DNA of 64,000 bases from an uncultured Actinomycetota bacterium (GCA_963756135.1 CAVWMP010000009.1:43108-107107), one strand, 5' to 3'. Numbered from the stretch's first letter, positions 17,220 through 26,628 are shown. The notes: a model not told the origin generated them from the sequence alone. Numbers and translations: made by a program.

Positions 17220-18126
17220 GGTCGTCCCAGCTGTAGTAGCCCTCCGGTCCGAGGAACGCGCCGATCGCCAGGATGGCCACGGTGAGGACGCCGAGCGCGA
17301 TCGCCCAGCGCACCTGCCGGCGGCGCAGCTCGCCGTCGCTCCCGTGCGCACAGGCGGCGATCACGGCCAGGCCGCACAGCCCGGCGACGTACGGAACCCG
17401 CCACAGCCAGCTGCCGCCGAGGTGCCAGGACCAGTCGTCGCCGTTCGAGGAGACCAGCGTGAACGGCGTGGCGAGGTGGTTGAGGGTCAACAGCGGATGG
17501 GTGTCGTTGATCAGCCCGACGATCGTCCACACGATGAGCAGCACCGCGGTGACGGCGCCGGCCGTCGGCCACGGCCACCAGCGGGCGGTCACCACGCCCA
17601 GCAGCGATCCCCCGAGGGCGGCGAGCACACCGCAGGCCATGACCGCGGCCAGCTCGAGGTTGCTGAACTCCCCCCAGTTCTCGGTGTGCACCGGCGGGTC
17701 GACCATCCAGGCCACGTAGACGTAGACGGCGCCGGACAACGCGAGGCCTGCCGGGACGAGGCAGGCGAGGCAGAGCGCGAGGGTGCGTCGCGGCTCCGAC
17801 ATCGGCGCCGCGTGCAGCACCTCCCCGGAGCGGCCGGAGCTGCTGGTGATCCGGTTCATCGCGATGAGCCCACCGAGGCCGAGCAGGAAGGCCGGCATCA
17901 GCGGCCAGTCGAGGTTCGCCTCGGTGCCGTGCGGAGGGGCCGGATAGTCCGCGTTCGCGTAGCTCTGGAACGGCGCCGTCACTGCGCCGTACAGGTAGAT
18001 CAGGGTCGCGACGGCGAAGACCGGGTGCCGGACGAGGCGCCACGCCTCGTAGCGGGAGACCATCCACAGCGTGCTGTGCCCGGCGAGTGCCTCCACGGGT
18101 GGGGGACCCACCGTCATGGCAGTCAT
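17215..18126 (-). CDS. Polytopic membrane protein (candidate ABC-2-type permease)
   Basis: ATG 18126 overlaps the ABC ATPase stop (ATGA). About 303 aa with at least 6 hydrophobic segments. Position directly after the ATPase suggests a permease. Confidence 0.55.
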   Translation of the reverse strand: MTAMTVGPPPVEALAGHSTLWMVSRYEAWRLVRHPVFAVATLIYLYGAVTAPFQSYANADYPAPPHGTEANLDWPLMPAFLLGLGGLIAMNRITSSSGRSGEVLHAAPMSEPRRTLALCLACLVPAGLALSGAVYVYVAWMVDPPVHTENWGEFSNLELAAVMACGVLAALGGSLLGVVTARWWPWPTAGAVTAVLLIVWTIVGLINDTHPLLTLNHLATPFTLVSSNGDDWSWHLGGSWLWRVPYVAGLCGLAVIAACAHGSDGELRRRQVRWAIALGVLTVAILAIGAFLGPEGYYSWDDR

Positions 18127-18995
18127 GCCGACACCTCCCGCTGGTCGCGGCCGGCCCTGGCCCGCAGCAGCAGGTAGGCGTCCTCGAGGCTCGGATCGGT
18201 GGTCTCGACGGCGACCGGCGGGTCGAGGGCGACATGGCGGTACCGGCCGGTGCCGGTCCGCCACGACGACAGTGCGCTCGGATCCTCCTCGCCGGCGAGC
18301 CAGACCTTGCCGGCGGCGGTCGCGACGAGGTCGGTGACCCGCCCGTCCCACAGCACCCGACCGCCGTCGAGGACGATCACCCGCTCGCACAGGGCGGCGA
18401 CGTCCTCGGTCTGGTGCGTGGCCAGGAGCATCGTGGACCGATGCCCCGCACCGGAGAGCACGCCGCGCAGCGATGCCCGCTGCTCCGGGTCGAGACCCGT
18501 GGTGGGTTCGTCGAGGACCAGCAGATCAGGAGCCCCGATCAGGGCCTGGGCGAGTGCGGCTCGTCGACGCTGTCCACCCGAGAGCGTGCGCATCCGCTTG
18601 CCCGCGAGGTCGGAGAGCCCGACCAGGCCGAGCACCCGGCGCACCTCGCGGTGTCGGGCCTCGCGCTCGGTCCACTCCTTGAGCGCGGCCACGTAGTCGA
18701 CGAAGCGGAAGGCCGTGAAGCCGCGCGGGTAGCCGTTCTCCTGGGGCAGGTAGCCGAGCCGGCGTCGGATGTCGGTGCGCTGCTCGGGATGGTCGGGGTC
18801 GAGGCCGAGGATCCGGCAGCTGCCGGAGCTCGGTGCCAGCACGGTGGCCAGGATCCGCAGCAGCGTGGTCTTGCCGGCGCCGTTCGGGCCGAGGAGTCCG
18901 GTGACTCCGGTGGTCAGGTTGAGATCCAGTCCGTCCAGCACGGTCGTGGAGCCGTAGCGACGGGTGACGTGGTCGAGGGTGATGGTGGCGTTCAC
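18123..18995 (-). CDS. ABC transporter ATP-binding protein
   Basis: GTG 18995 overlaps the anti-sigma stop (GTGA) and follows GGGAGGAA. Walker A GPNGAGKTT, signature LSGGQRRR, Walker B LLVLDEPT, H-loop LLATH. Confidence 0.85.
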   Translation of the reverse strand: MNATITLDHVTRRYGSTTVLDGLDLNLTTGVTGLLGPNGAGKTTLLRILATVLAPSSGSCRILGLDPDHPEQRTDIRRRLGYLPQENGYPRGFTAFRFVDYVAALKEWTEREARHREVRRVLGLVGLSDLAGKRMRTLSGGQRRRAALAQALIGAPDLLVLDEPTTGLDPEQRASLRGVLSGAGHRSTMLLATHQTEDVAALCERVIVLDGGRVLWDGRVTDLVATAAGKVWLAGEEDPSALSSWRTGTGRYRHVALDPPVAVETTDPSLEDAYLLLRARAGRDQREVSA

Positions 18996-19834
18996 GGGTT
19001 CCTCCCGAGGAATGAGAGCTGGTCGTTGCGCATCCAGAAGGTGACGGAGGCGACCACGCCGATGGCGAGGTAGACGGGCAGTGCCGGTGCGGCGAGCACC
19101 GCCACCGCGTGACCCGAGCCGGATCCTGCGATGATGACGACCGTCCCGACCCACCCTGCGGAGATGGCCGCGGCGGCGTGCTGGACGGAGATCCAGGTGG
19201 AGAGCGCGAGGGTGAACGCCGCGCACGCGAAGGCAGGCAGCAGCCAGGCGCCCGCCAGCCATGGCGGCCCGGGGAGGACCGGCGCAGCGATGAAGGCGAG
19301 CGGCAGGGCCACCGCCACCACCGACATGGCACGCAGCAGCAGCAGCCGCAGCGAGGGGTACGGCGCGGCCAGGGTGACCTCCCAGATCGGGTCGGCCTCC
19401 TGCCCGTAGGCGAACGCGACGGCACCGACCGGCAGCAACGGTGCGACGCACAGGAAGGTCAGCCCGGCACGCGCCTCCCCCTGGGCCACCGCGATGACCG
19501 ACACGAGCAAGCACAGCAGCAGCGCGAGCAACCAGGACCCGCGGAGCGCCGGTGCCGCCGCGACCAGCAGGGCGTCGCGGTCGCTGAGTCCGAGCCTGGC
19601 AGCGACCCTCTCGGTCCTGCTGCGGGGCGGGACCTGGAGCTCGTCCGCGACGCCGTCCCAGACCTTGCGGAGCGGAGCCGGATCGACGAGGACCGTCAGG
19701 GCGCTCCGGCAGCGCCCGCAGCCCAGCAGGTGCATCTCGACGGAAGCGGTCACCGGCAGGGGGGTCCGGCCGGCGACGTACGCCGCGAGCAGGTCGTCGT
19801 CCGCATGCCACTGGACGTCGGTGTCGTTGGTCAC
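18992..19834 (-). CDS. Anti-sigma factor, zf-HC2 type with polytopic membrane C-terminus
   Basis: GTG 19834 overlaps the sigma stop (GTGA). The N-terminal H-x3-C-x2-C motif (VEMHLLGCGRCRS) is followed by about 6 TM helices. Confidence 0.7.
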   Translation of the reverse strand: MTNDTDVQWHADDDLLAAYVAGRTPLPVTASVEMHLLGCGRCRSALTVLVDPAPLRKVWDGVADELQVPPRSRTERVAARLGLSDRDALLVAAAPALRGSWLLALLLCLLVSVIAVAQGEARAGLTFLCVAPLLPVGAVAFAYGQEADPIWEVTLAAPYPSLRLLLLRAMSVVAVALPLAFIAAPVLPGPPWLAGAWLLPAFACAAFTLALSTWISVQHAAAAISAGWVGTVVIIAGSGSGHAVAVLAAPALPVYLAIGVVASVTFWMRNDQLSFLGRNP

Positions 19835-20406
19835 GGGATTCCTCCTGCCAGGTCCTGGCGCAGTTTGGCCTTCGCCCGGTGGAGCCGGGTCTTGACCGTG
19901 TTGACAGGGATGCCGAGCAAGCGTCCGGCCTCCTTGCTGGTGAGCCCGTCGAGCACCGTCGCCTCGACGACCGCCCGCATCTCGGGGCTCAGCCGCCCCA
20001 GGGCGTCCGCGAGACCGCCGTACTCGATGCCGAGCAGCACCCGCTCCTCGGCGCTCGGGTCGGCTCGGGGGGAGGCAGCTGTCAGCTCGGAGGAGAACGA
20101 GGTGCGGACGGTCAGCCGAGCCAGGGTGCGGTCGCCCGCCCGTAGTCGCGAGATGAGGCGGCGTACGGCGATCCCCCAGAGCCAGGCCGCCACCTCACCG
20201 TCGCCGCGCCAGCGGCCGCACTCCTTCCAGACCGCGACGAAGCAGTCCTGCAGGGCGTCGGCGACCACATCGGGATCACTGCAGCGGCGACTCAACCGGA
20301 CCGACAGCCACGCGGAGTGCCGGTCGTAGAGCTGGTGCAGCGCCACCAGGTCGCCCTGCACAAGAGCTGCGACCAGCTCTGCGTCCGGGACCTCCTGGGG
20401 CTCCAT
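19831..20406 (-). CDS. ECF-type RNA polymerase sigma factor
   Basis: Intact 191-aa ORF. Region 2 (LYDRHSAWLSVRLSRRCSDPDVVADALQDCFVAVWK) and region 4 (LSPEMRAVVEATVLDGLTSKEAGRLLGIPVNTVKTRLHRAKAKLR). Confidence 0.85.
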   Translation of the reverse strand: MEPQEVPDAELVAALVQGDLVALHQLYDRHSAWLSVRLSRRCSDPDVVADALQDCFVAVWKECGRWRGDGEVAAWLWGIAVRRLISRLRAGDRTLARLTVRTSFSSELTAASPRADPSAEERVLLGIEYGGLADALGRLSPEMRAVVEATVLDGLTSKEAGRLLGIPVNTVKTRLHRAKAKLRQDLAGGIP

Positions 20407-20484
20407 ACTCCGACTGTCGCACCGGAGGGCCGGAATGGTTCCCGGACATCGGCTGGATCTTTTCCCGACCGAGGCGGGGAGCGG

Positions 20485-21201
20485 TCACACCCGGGCGACC
20501 GCCGTGCCGGTCGCCGCCCCCGTGGGGTCGGTCGGTTCCGTCCCCACCGAGCGGAGCGACTGACCGATCACCCCCCAGGCCAGCATCATCGGCCACATGC
20601 TCAGCGCCATGGTCGAGACCTGGACGAGGGCGAGGCTGAGGGGCAGGTCGAGCAGGATGACCCAGGCGGCGAACTGCGGCCGGAAGCCACCCCGCAGCAG
20701 CCCGACCCCGAGCAGGATGCCGCCGGGGATGCCGACGAGCAGGCCGAGCAGCACCACGCCGTACGCCCAGTCGCCCAGGGACTCACCACGGCCGGTGACC
20801 TGCCACCAGGTCCCGAGCACCCAGTAGAAGGCGAGGTGCCCGACCAGCGTCAGGCCGAAGCCCGTCAGCGTCAGCCGCCACCCCCATCGTTCTGCCCAGC
20901 CGGTCGGTGACGGGCGCAGGCTGCGTGCGGCGACAGCGCAGGCGAGGACGGCGACCATCGCGATGGCGTAGAACTTGCCGTAGGTCAGGTAGACGACGTC
21001 GGGGGAGGCGAAGTCGAGGATCCGCGGGCCGAGCGCGCGCAGGGCGGGCTCGGCCCACCACGCGGCGTACCCGCTGTCCAGGTCGCTTCGGCCGGACTCG
21101 GTCTGCATGCGGGCCAGGGCGTTCAGCGGAGCCAGCACGAGGCTCGCGGTCGCGAGGACCACGGTGCTGAGCCCGATGGCACGGACAGTCTGGTTCTTCA
21201 T
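20485..21201 (-). CDS. Polytopic membrane protein, unknown function
   Basis: Intact 238-aa ORF with a signal/TM N-terminus and several Trp-rich hydrophobic helices. No motif recognised. Confidence 0.5.
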   Translation of the reverse strand: MKNQTVRAIGLSTVVLATASLVLAPLNALARMQTESGRSDLDSGYAAWWAEPALRALGPRILDFASPDVVYLTYGKFYAIAMVAVLACAVAARSLRPSPTGWAERWGWRLTLTGFGLTLVGHLAFYWVLGTWWQVTGRGESLGDWAYGVVLLGLLVGIPGGILLGVGLLRGGFRPQFAAWVILLDLPLSLALVQVSTMALSMWPMMLAWGVIGQSLRSVGTEPTDPTGAATGTAVARV

Positions 21202-21231
21202 CGCCTTCGCCTCCGTTCACGTACTCCGAGG

Positions 21232-21633
21232 CTAGGCACCCGGGCGGCCGCGCGCATCGGCCCCAGGGCTACCGCGACTCCGACCTCGGGTGGAGCCGGC
21301 GTCCTCCGATCGGCGTACGCGCGAGGGTGAGGACGGGCTCCTGGGGGCCGGCCCAGCGGCGCCGAGCGGTGGCCGCTTGCGGCCCGCCTCCATGCCTGCG
21401 GCGGCATCGCGAAGCCACTGGAACAACGCGGGCCCGGTCGGGTCGTCGATGTCCTCGCACCACGCGAGCTCGGGGTGCCACTGGACCCCGAGCACCGGCC
21501 ACCCACCGCCGCTCCACTCGATGGCTTCGACGATGCCGTCGCCGGCCCAGGCGGTGGGTCGCCAGTGGGGGGCCGGCTCCAGGATCGCTCGATGGTGCAG
21601 GGCGCGGCCAGGCCGGCGCGGAGCACTGACCCC
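21232..21633 (-). pseudogene. Remnant of a class-I glutamine amidotransferase (C-terminal part only)
   Basis: The minus-strand frame reads ...GRALHHRAILEPAPHWRPTAWAGDGIVEAIEWSGGGWPVLGVQWHPE..., i.e. the HH..A and GVQWHPE motifs of PuuD/GATase-1 proteins. An in-frame TGA lies at 21634-21636, and the neighbouring gene ends at 21651, so the N-terminal nucleophile half is absent. Confidence 0.5.
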
Positions 21634-21650
21634 TCAGGCCTGTCGAGCAC

Positions 21651-22616
21651 CTACCTCGTCGAGAGGTCCGGGGTCCCGACCACCAACCGGACCAGGAACC
21701 CGTCGGGAGACCTGGAGATGCCGACGTGGTCGCAGAGCTGGTTGGCGATCCAGAGACCGCGACCGCCCGGCCGGTCGGGCTCGACCGGGGCCAGCCCGAC
21801 GGTGACGTCGTGGATGCCGGTGCCGCCGTCCTCGACCGTGGCGACGATCCGATCGGGGCAGTCCCACAGCCGCAACCGGACCGGGGGGCGGCCATAGCGC
21901 TGCGCGTTGGTCACCACCTCCGAGAGCGCCAGCGCCAGGTTGTCCGCGGTCTCCGCACCGAACCGGGGGCGGGCGAGGGCGAGGCCCGCGCGGCGCGCCT
22001 CGGTGGGACTGGGGTCGGTCAGCTCGACCAGCGGCTCGTCCGCCTCGAGGGGGTCGATGTACGGGTAGGAGCGCTGACCCAGGAAGGTGGCCGGCGACAC
22101 GTAGCCGTGGTTGGAGGCGTGCCGGCCGGCCGCATCGGCCACGAAGGGGTGCGTGCGGAGGACTTCGTCCACGACGCCCGCCGGGGTCCTGCGCGCGTCG
22201 TAGGTGCAGATGGCCCACACCGGCAGGGTCGCGAAGATCTCGTTCACCGCGGACTCGTAGTGGCCCCACCAGTCCCACGCCGACCCGAGCCCGGGGTGGG
22301 GGACCTCGGTGATGAAGCGGACCTGCTCGGCGCCTGCCGCGACCTCGGCGCTCACGACGTCGAGGTAGCCCTTCACCGTCGCAGCCGGGTTCACGTAGAC
22401 GTCGGTGGCAGGGATGTAGTGGAGCCCCTCCGGCTCGCCGAGCTCGCGGCGCAGCAGGTCGTTCTCCTGCGGACCGAGGACGACGTACGTCGGCTCCTGC
22501 GCGTCGAGTCCCTCGACCAGGAACGGCAGAGCCGTCTCGCGCAGCTCCGCATCGGAGGCGTAGATCGACGCCTCGTGGAAGATCCCCTCACAGGCAGACG
22601 CGGCTCCGGTCCTCAT
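21651..22616 (-). CDS. MEDS domain + GHKL ATPase (RsbW/SpoIIAB-like anti-sigma kinase) protein
   Basis: ATG 22616 overlaps the upstream stop (ATGA). The N-terminal half resembles MEDS (FHEASIYASDAEL...FLVEGL...VRFITE). The C-terminal half has an HATPase fold (ALSEVVTNAQRYG...VEDGGTGI...GGRGLWIANQLCD). Confidence 0.65.
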   Translation of the reverse strand: MRTGAASACEGIFHEASIYASDAELRETALPFLVEGLDAQEPTYVVLGPQENDLLRRELGEPEGLHYIPATDVYVNPAATVKGYLDVVSAEVAAGAEQVRFITEVPHPGLGSAWDWWGHYESAVNEIFATLPVWAICTYDARRTPAGVVDEVLRTHPFVADAAGRHASNHGYVSPATFLGQRSYPYIDPLEADEPLVELTDPSPTEARRAGLALARPRFGAETADNLALALSEVVTNAQRYGRPPVRLRLWDCPDRIVATVEDGGTGIHDVTVGLAPVEPDRPGGRGLWIANQLCDHVGISRSPDGFLVRLVVGTPDLSTR

Positions 22617-23473
22617 GCGAGCACCCCGTCGGCCGTGACGCGCTCGGCCCGGATCCCCGCGATGCTCAGCAGCCCGATCAGCCGTCCCGGCAGCTCCGAG
22701 CGGGTGCGGAGCACCACGGTGGCGCCGGAGCGTCCCGCGAAGTCGCGAAGACACTTCAGACCCCGGTGGTCGACGAAGCCGAGCCGCGTGCCGTCCACGA
22801 CGAGCTCGCGGGGCAGCTCCATCCTGGTCCGGTCCAGACACTCGCGGAACGAGGCGATCATGGGCATGTCGAGGTCCCCGGCCAGGGCGAGGTCGGCAGG
22901 CTCGTCCGAGGCGTAGATCCGGAAGGGGGTGATCCCCGCCCGGGACGCCGGGTGCAGGCAGGCCAGCGCGACGGTCGCCGTCGCGGTGAGCTGGGTCCGG
23001 TCGAACCCGCACATCGCCGAGAACGGGTGTCCGGTCATGTAGCGGTCGGCCCGGTGCTCCCACGCCGCGAAGGCGGCGAGCTGCTCCGGCGATCGCAGCA
23101 GGGAGGTGGCGTCCGCGGCGATGCGCAGCCCGGCGTACCCCTCCGCCAACGCCTCCTCGGTGGCGGCAGCGAACGTGACGAGCGTCTCGTCGGGATCGAC
23201 CGGTGCGCCCTCCTGGTAGAGGTCGCCGAGCACGCTGAGGACCAGGGCGCCGCGGTCGAGCGCCGACTGGAGGTGCGGAAGGCCGGCCAGGTCCTCCTCG
23301 AGGAGCTCACGGGGACCGTCCGCGGCGTACACGCAACGGAGCCCCAGGTCGAACCCGTCGCTGAGGAACTCACCGACCCGCCGGCGGAACTCGGCGCGAT
23401 CGAGGAAGGGCCAGGACAGATGATCCTGGACTCCGAACCCTCTGGCGTGCTGGGCGCACCCCACCGACCGCAC
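22613..23473 (-). CDS. MEDS domain + STAS (anti-sigma-factor antagonist-like) protein
   Basis: GTG 23473. The N-terminal MEDS-like part reads DHLSWPFLDRAEFRRRVGEFLSDG...LRIAADAT. The C-terminal STAS-like part reads LALAGDLDMPMIASFRECL...LVVDGTRLGFVDHRGLKCLRDFA. Confidence 0.6.
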   Translation of the reverse strand: MRSVGCAQHARGFGVQDHLSWPFLDRAEFRRRVGEFLSDGFDLGLRCVYAADGPRELLEEDLAGLPHLQSALDRGALVLSVLGDLYQEGAPVDPDETLVTFAAATEEALAEGYAGLRIAADATSLLRSPEQLAAFAAWEHRADRYMTGHPFSAMCGFDRTQLTATATVALACLHPASRAGITPFRIYASDEPADLALAGDLDMPMIASFRECLDRTRMELPRELVVDGTRLGFVDHRGLKCLRDFAGRSGATVVLRTRSELPGRLIGLLSIAGIRAERVTADGVLA

Positions 23474-23577
23474 GACTCATGGTAGGACTGCGCGGGGTTG
23501 CCGACGCACCCGTCTGGACCGCTTCCCCACCCCTCGCCGGTTCCGGCTCGCGACCGCCCGTCTGGGAAGATGACACG

Positions 23578-24855
23578 GTGAACCCCGCCACCACCGCAGC
23601 CGTGCCGACCAGCACCGACGTGCTCGTCGTGGGCGCCGGTCCGGCGGGGTCCGCGGCAGCCGCGTGGGCGGCGCGGGCCGGCCTCGACGTGGTACTGGTC
23701 GACGCGGCCACCTTCCCCCGGGACAAGACCTGCGGCGACGGCCTCACCCCTCGCGCGGTGGGGGAGCTGCAGCGGCTCGGGCTGGAGGACTGGCTCCGCG
23801 CGCACGCCGTCAACACGGGTCTGCGCGCCCACGGCTTCGGCCAGGTGCTGCACCTGCCCTGGCCCGGCGGCACCCTGCCCGAGTGGGGCAGCGCGGTGGC
23901 CCGCACCGAGCTCGACGACCACCTGCGCACCGTCGCGATCAAGTCCGGCGCCACCGCCGTCGACGGCCTGCGGGCGGTCGACGTACGCCTGGACGGGTCA
24001 CGGGTCGCGGCCGTCATCCTGGAGCGGCGCACGCCCGAGGGGAGGCAGCGCGTCGAGATCGCCTGCCGCCGCCTGGTGGTGGCCGACGGGGTTCGGTCCG
24101 GTCTGGGCAAGGTGCTCGGTCGCGAGTGGCACCGGGAGACCGTGTACGGCGTCGCCGGCCGCAGCTACGTCGAGTCCGGCCGGTCCGACGACCCGTGGAT
24201 CAGCTCGCACCTCGAGCTGCGCGGAGTGGACGACGAGATCCTCTCCGGGTACGGCTGGATCTTCCCGCTCGGCACCGGCGAGGTGAACCTGGGCGTGGGC
24301 ACCCTGGCGACCGCGAAGCGCCCCGCCGAGATCGCGCTGCGGCCGCTGATGGCCCACTACGCCGAGCAGCGCCGCGAGGAGTTCGAGCTCACCGGCGACC
24401 TGCGTGCCCCCACCTCCGCCCTGCTCCCGATGGGTGGCGCCGTCTCGCACGTCGCCGGAGCCAACTGGGCGCTCATCGGCGACGCCGCCGGCTGCGTCAA
24501 CCCGCTCAACGGGGAGGGCATCGACTACGGACTGGAGACCGGCCGGCTGCTCGCCGAGATCCTCGCCGACGACACCGACCACGCCGTCGACCTGGCCACC
24601 GTGTGGCCCGCCCTGCTCACTGAGCACTACGGCGAGGCGTTCTCCATCGCCCGCCGACTGGCCGGGCTGGTGACGGTGCCCCGACTGCTGCCGACGCTGG
24701 GTCCGGTCGGCATGCGATCGGAGGCGATGATGACCCTCGCCCTGCGCTGGATGGGCAACCTGGTCACCGACGAGGACCGCGACCGCGCCGCCCGGGTGTG
24801 GCGCTGGGCCGGCCGTCGCTCGCTGCGACGCGACCACCGCCCGCCCTTCTCGTGA
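23578..24855 (+). CDS. Geranylgeranyl reductase family FAD-dependent oxidoreductase
   Basis: GTG 23578. FAD fingerprint DVLVVGAGPAGSAAAAWAARAG, then ...FPRDKTCGDGLTP... and GDAAGCVNPLNGEGIDYG, typical of the family. Confidence 0.8.
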   Translation: MNPATTAAVPTSTDVLVVGAGPAGSAAAAWAARAGLDVVLVDAATFPRDKTCGDGLTPRAVGELQRLGLEDWLRAHAVNTGLRAHGFGQVLHLPWPGGTLPEWGSAVARTELDDHLRTVAIKSGATAVDGLRAVDVRLDGSRVAAVILERRTPEGRQRVEIACRRLVVADGVRSGLGKVLGREWHRETVYGVAGRSYVESGRSDDPWISSHLELRGVDDEILSGYGWIFPLGTGEVNLGVGTLATAKRPAEIALRPLMAHYAEQRREEFELTGDLRAPTSALLPMGGAVSHVAGANWALIGDAAGCVNPLNGEGIDYGLETGRLLAEILADDTDHAVDLATVWPALLTEHYGEAFSIARRLAGLVTVPRLLPTLGPVGMRSEAMMTLALRWMGNLVTDEDRDRAARVWRWAGRRSLRRDHRPPFS

Positions 24856-25712
24856 GGCGCGCCCCTCGCCCCGGGGCGTCGGTCGGACGGCGCCGCCGGG
24901 AGCCGGTGTACGCCGCCACCGTGCTGGGTGGCCGGGTGCTCCTGCGCGCCCTCGACCTGCGGGTCCGCGCCCAGGGTGCCGAGCACGTGCCCGCCACCGG
25001 GCCGGTGGTGCTCGTCGCCAACCACGTCTCCTTCCCCGACTTCGTCTTCGTCGGCCGGGCACTGCCGCCCGGTCGGCGGGTGCGGTTCATGTGCCGCCAC
25101 GACATCTGGGGCAACCCGCTGCTGGCGCGGGCGATGGATGCGATGGACCACATCCCGGTCGACCGGGCGACTCCGGCGTCGGCGTACCTGAAGGCCCGCC
25201 GGCTCCTCGATGACGGGCAGGCCGTCTGCGTCTTCCCCGAGGGCGGGATCTCCACCGCGCTCACCGTCCGTGCCCTGATGCCGGGGGCGGTCGCGCTGGC
25301 CCGGGAGACCGGGGCGCCGCTGGTCCCGGTGACGCTGTGGGGCGGCCAACGTCTCTGGCCGCAGCGGCAGGCCCTCGGTGATCCGCTGCCCCGTCCGGTG
25401 CTGAGCCGCGGCCGACTGGTCGACGTGCACGTGGGCGTCCCCTGGGCCGTGCCGCCGGACGCCGACGTCGTCGGGACCACCCACCGGCTCGGCCACCACC
25501 TGCACCGCCACCTCGAACGGCTCCAGCAGCTTCCCGAGCACCGGCCGCAGCCGGGCCGGCACGCCCCCTGGTACCCGGCCCACCTCGGCGGCCACGCGAT
25601 GCCCCGGGAGCAGTCGTTCGTGCTCGACCAGATGCCGACCGTCGCCGTCGGGCCGACCTGGGGCCCGGGCCTGACCGACGCCGACTCGTCGGTCGCCGAC
25701 GTGCAAGGCTGA
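24852..25712 (+). CDS. Lysophospholipid (1-acyl-glycerol-3-phosphate-type) acyltransferase
   Basis: GTG 24852 overlaps the upstream stop (GTGA). HX4D motif (ANHVSFPD), FPEGG motif and a later PLVPV block. Confidence 0.75.
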   Translation: MRRAPRPGASVGRRRREPVYAATVLGGRVLLRALDLRVRAQGAEHVPATGPVVLVANHVSFPDFVFVGRALPPGRRVRFMCRHDIWGNPLLARAMDAMDHIPVDRATPASAYLKARRLLDDGQAVCVFPEGGISTALTVRALMPGAVALARETGAPLVPVTLWGGQRLWPQRQALGDPLPRPVLSRGRLVDVHVGVPWAVPPDADVVGTTHRLGHHLHRHLERLQQLPEHRPQPGRHAPWYPAHLGGHAMPREQSFVLDQMPTVAVGPTWGPGLTDADSSVADVQG

Positions 25713-25716
25713 GCGG

Positions 25717-26628
25717 GTGGCCGAGCTACCCCTGGTGCAGCGGGTCGCGTCGTACGCGGTGATCCTGCGCGACGATGCGATCCTGCTCAGCCGACTGCGG
25801 CGGAAGCGGAGCCGGGGGCCGCTGTGGACCCTGCCCGGTGGCGGCGTCGAGCGGGGCGAGGACCCCCGCGCCGCGGTGCTCCGGGAGATCGCCGAGGAGA
25901 CCGGCCTGGACGCCCACGTCGGGGAGACCGCCCGGGTCTACTCCGAGCACCGGCCCCGGGCCTGGCGGGGCGGCCGCCGGGTCGAGGCCCACTCGCTGCG
26001 CATCGTGTACGACGGCTGGGTCGCCGTCGACGCGCCCGAGCCGCGGGTCGTCGAGGTCGGCGGGTCCACCGAGCACGCCGCCTGGGTGTCGATCGCCGAC
26101 GTGGTCAGCGGCACGGTGCCCACCCTGCCGGTGGTGCTCGACGCCCTGGCCGACCACCGCCCGCAGCGCAAGCAGCGGGTCGCGGCGTACGCCCTGGTCC
26201 GCCGCGGCGAGGAGGTGCTGCTCACCCGGGTCTCCGCGCGCGGCTTCCACTCCGGGGCCTGGACCCTGCCCGGCGGCGGGATCGAGCACGGGGAGTCGCC
26301 GCGGGAGGCGGTCGCCCGGGAGGTGCGCGAGGAGTGCGGCGTCGCCAGCGAGGTCGGCGAGGTGCTGGAGGTGCACAGCGACCACTTCCGCGGCACCGCG
26401 CCCTCGGGTCGCGACGAGGACTTCCACGCGGTCAACCTGGTCTTCGCCGTCCAGGTGCCGGTCGACGCCGCGCTGCGGGTCACCGAGCTCGCCGGCACCA
26501 CCGATGCGGTCGCCTGGGTGCCGATCGACCACGTCCGGGACGGGTCGGTGCCCACCGTGGAGGTGGTCGCGGCAGCCCTGGCTGCGGCCCAGCGGCGCAG
26601 CCCCACCGGGGTGGGCACCGCAGGCTAG
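25717..26628 (+). CDS. Tandem-domain Nudix hydrolase
   Basis: Two Nudix boxes: GGGVERGEDPRAAVLREIAEETG and GGGIEHGESPREAVAREVREECG. Intact 303-aa ORF starting 4 nt after the upstream stop. Confidence 0.75.
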   Translation: MAELPLVQRVASYAVILRDDAILLSRLRRKRSRGPLWTLPGGGVERGEDPRAAVLREIAEETGLDAHVGETARVYSEHRPRAWRGGRRVEAHSLRIVYDGWVAVDAPEPRVVEVGGSTEHAAWVSIADVVSGTVPTLPVVLDALADHRPQRKQRVAAYALVRRGEEVLLTRVSARGFHSGAWTLPGGGIEHGESPREAVAREVREECGVASEVGEVLEVHSDHFRGTAPSGRDEDFHAVNLVFAVQVPVDAALRVTELAGTTDAVAWVPIDHVRDGSVPTVEVVAAALAAAQRRSPTGVGTAG

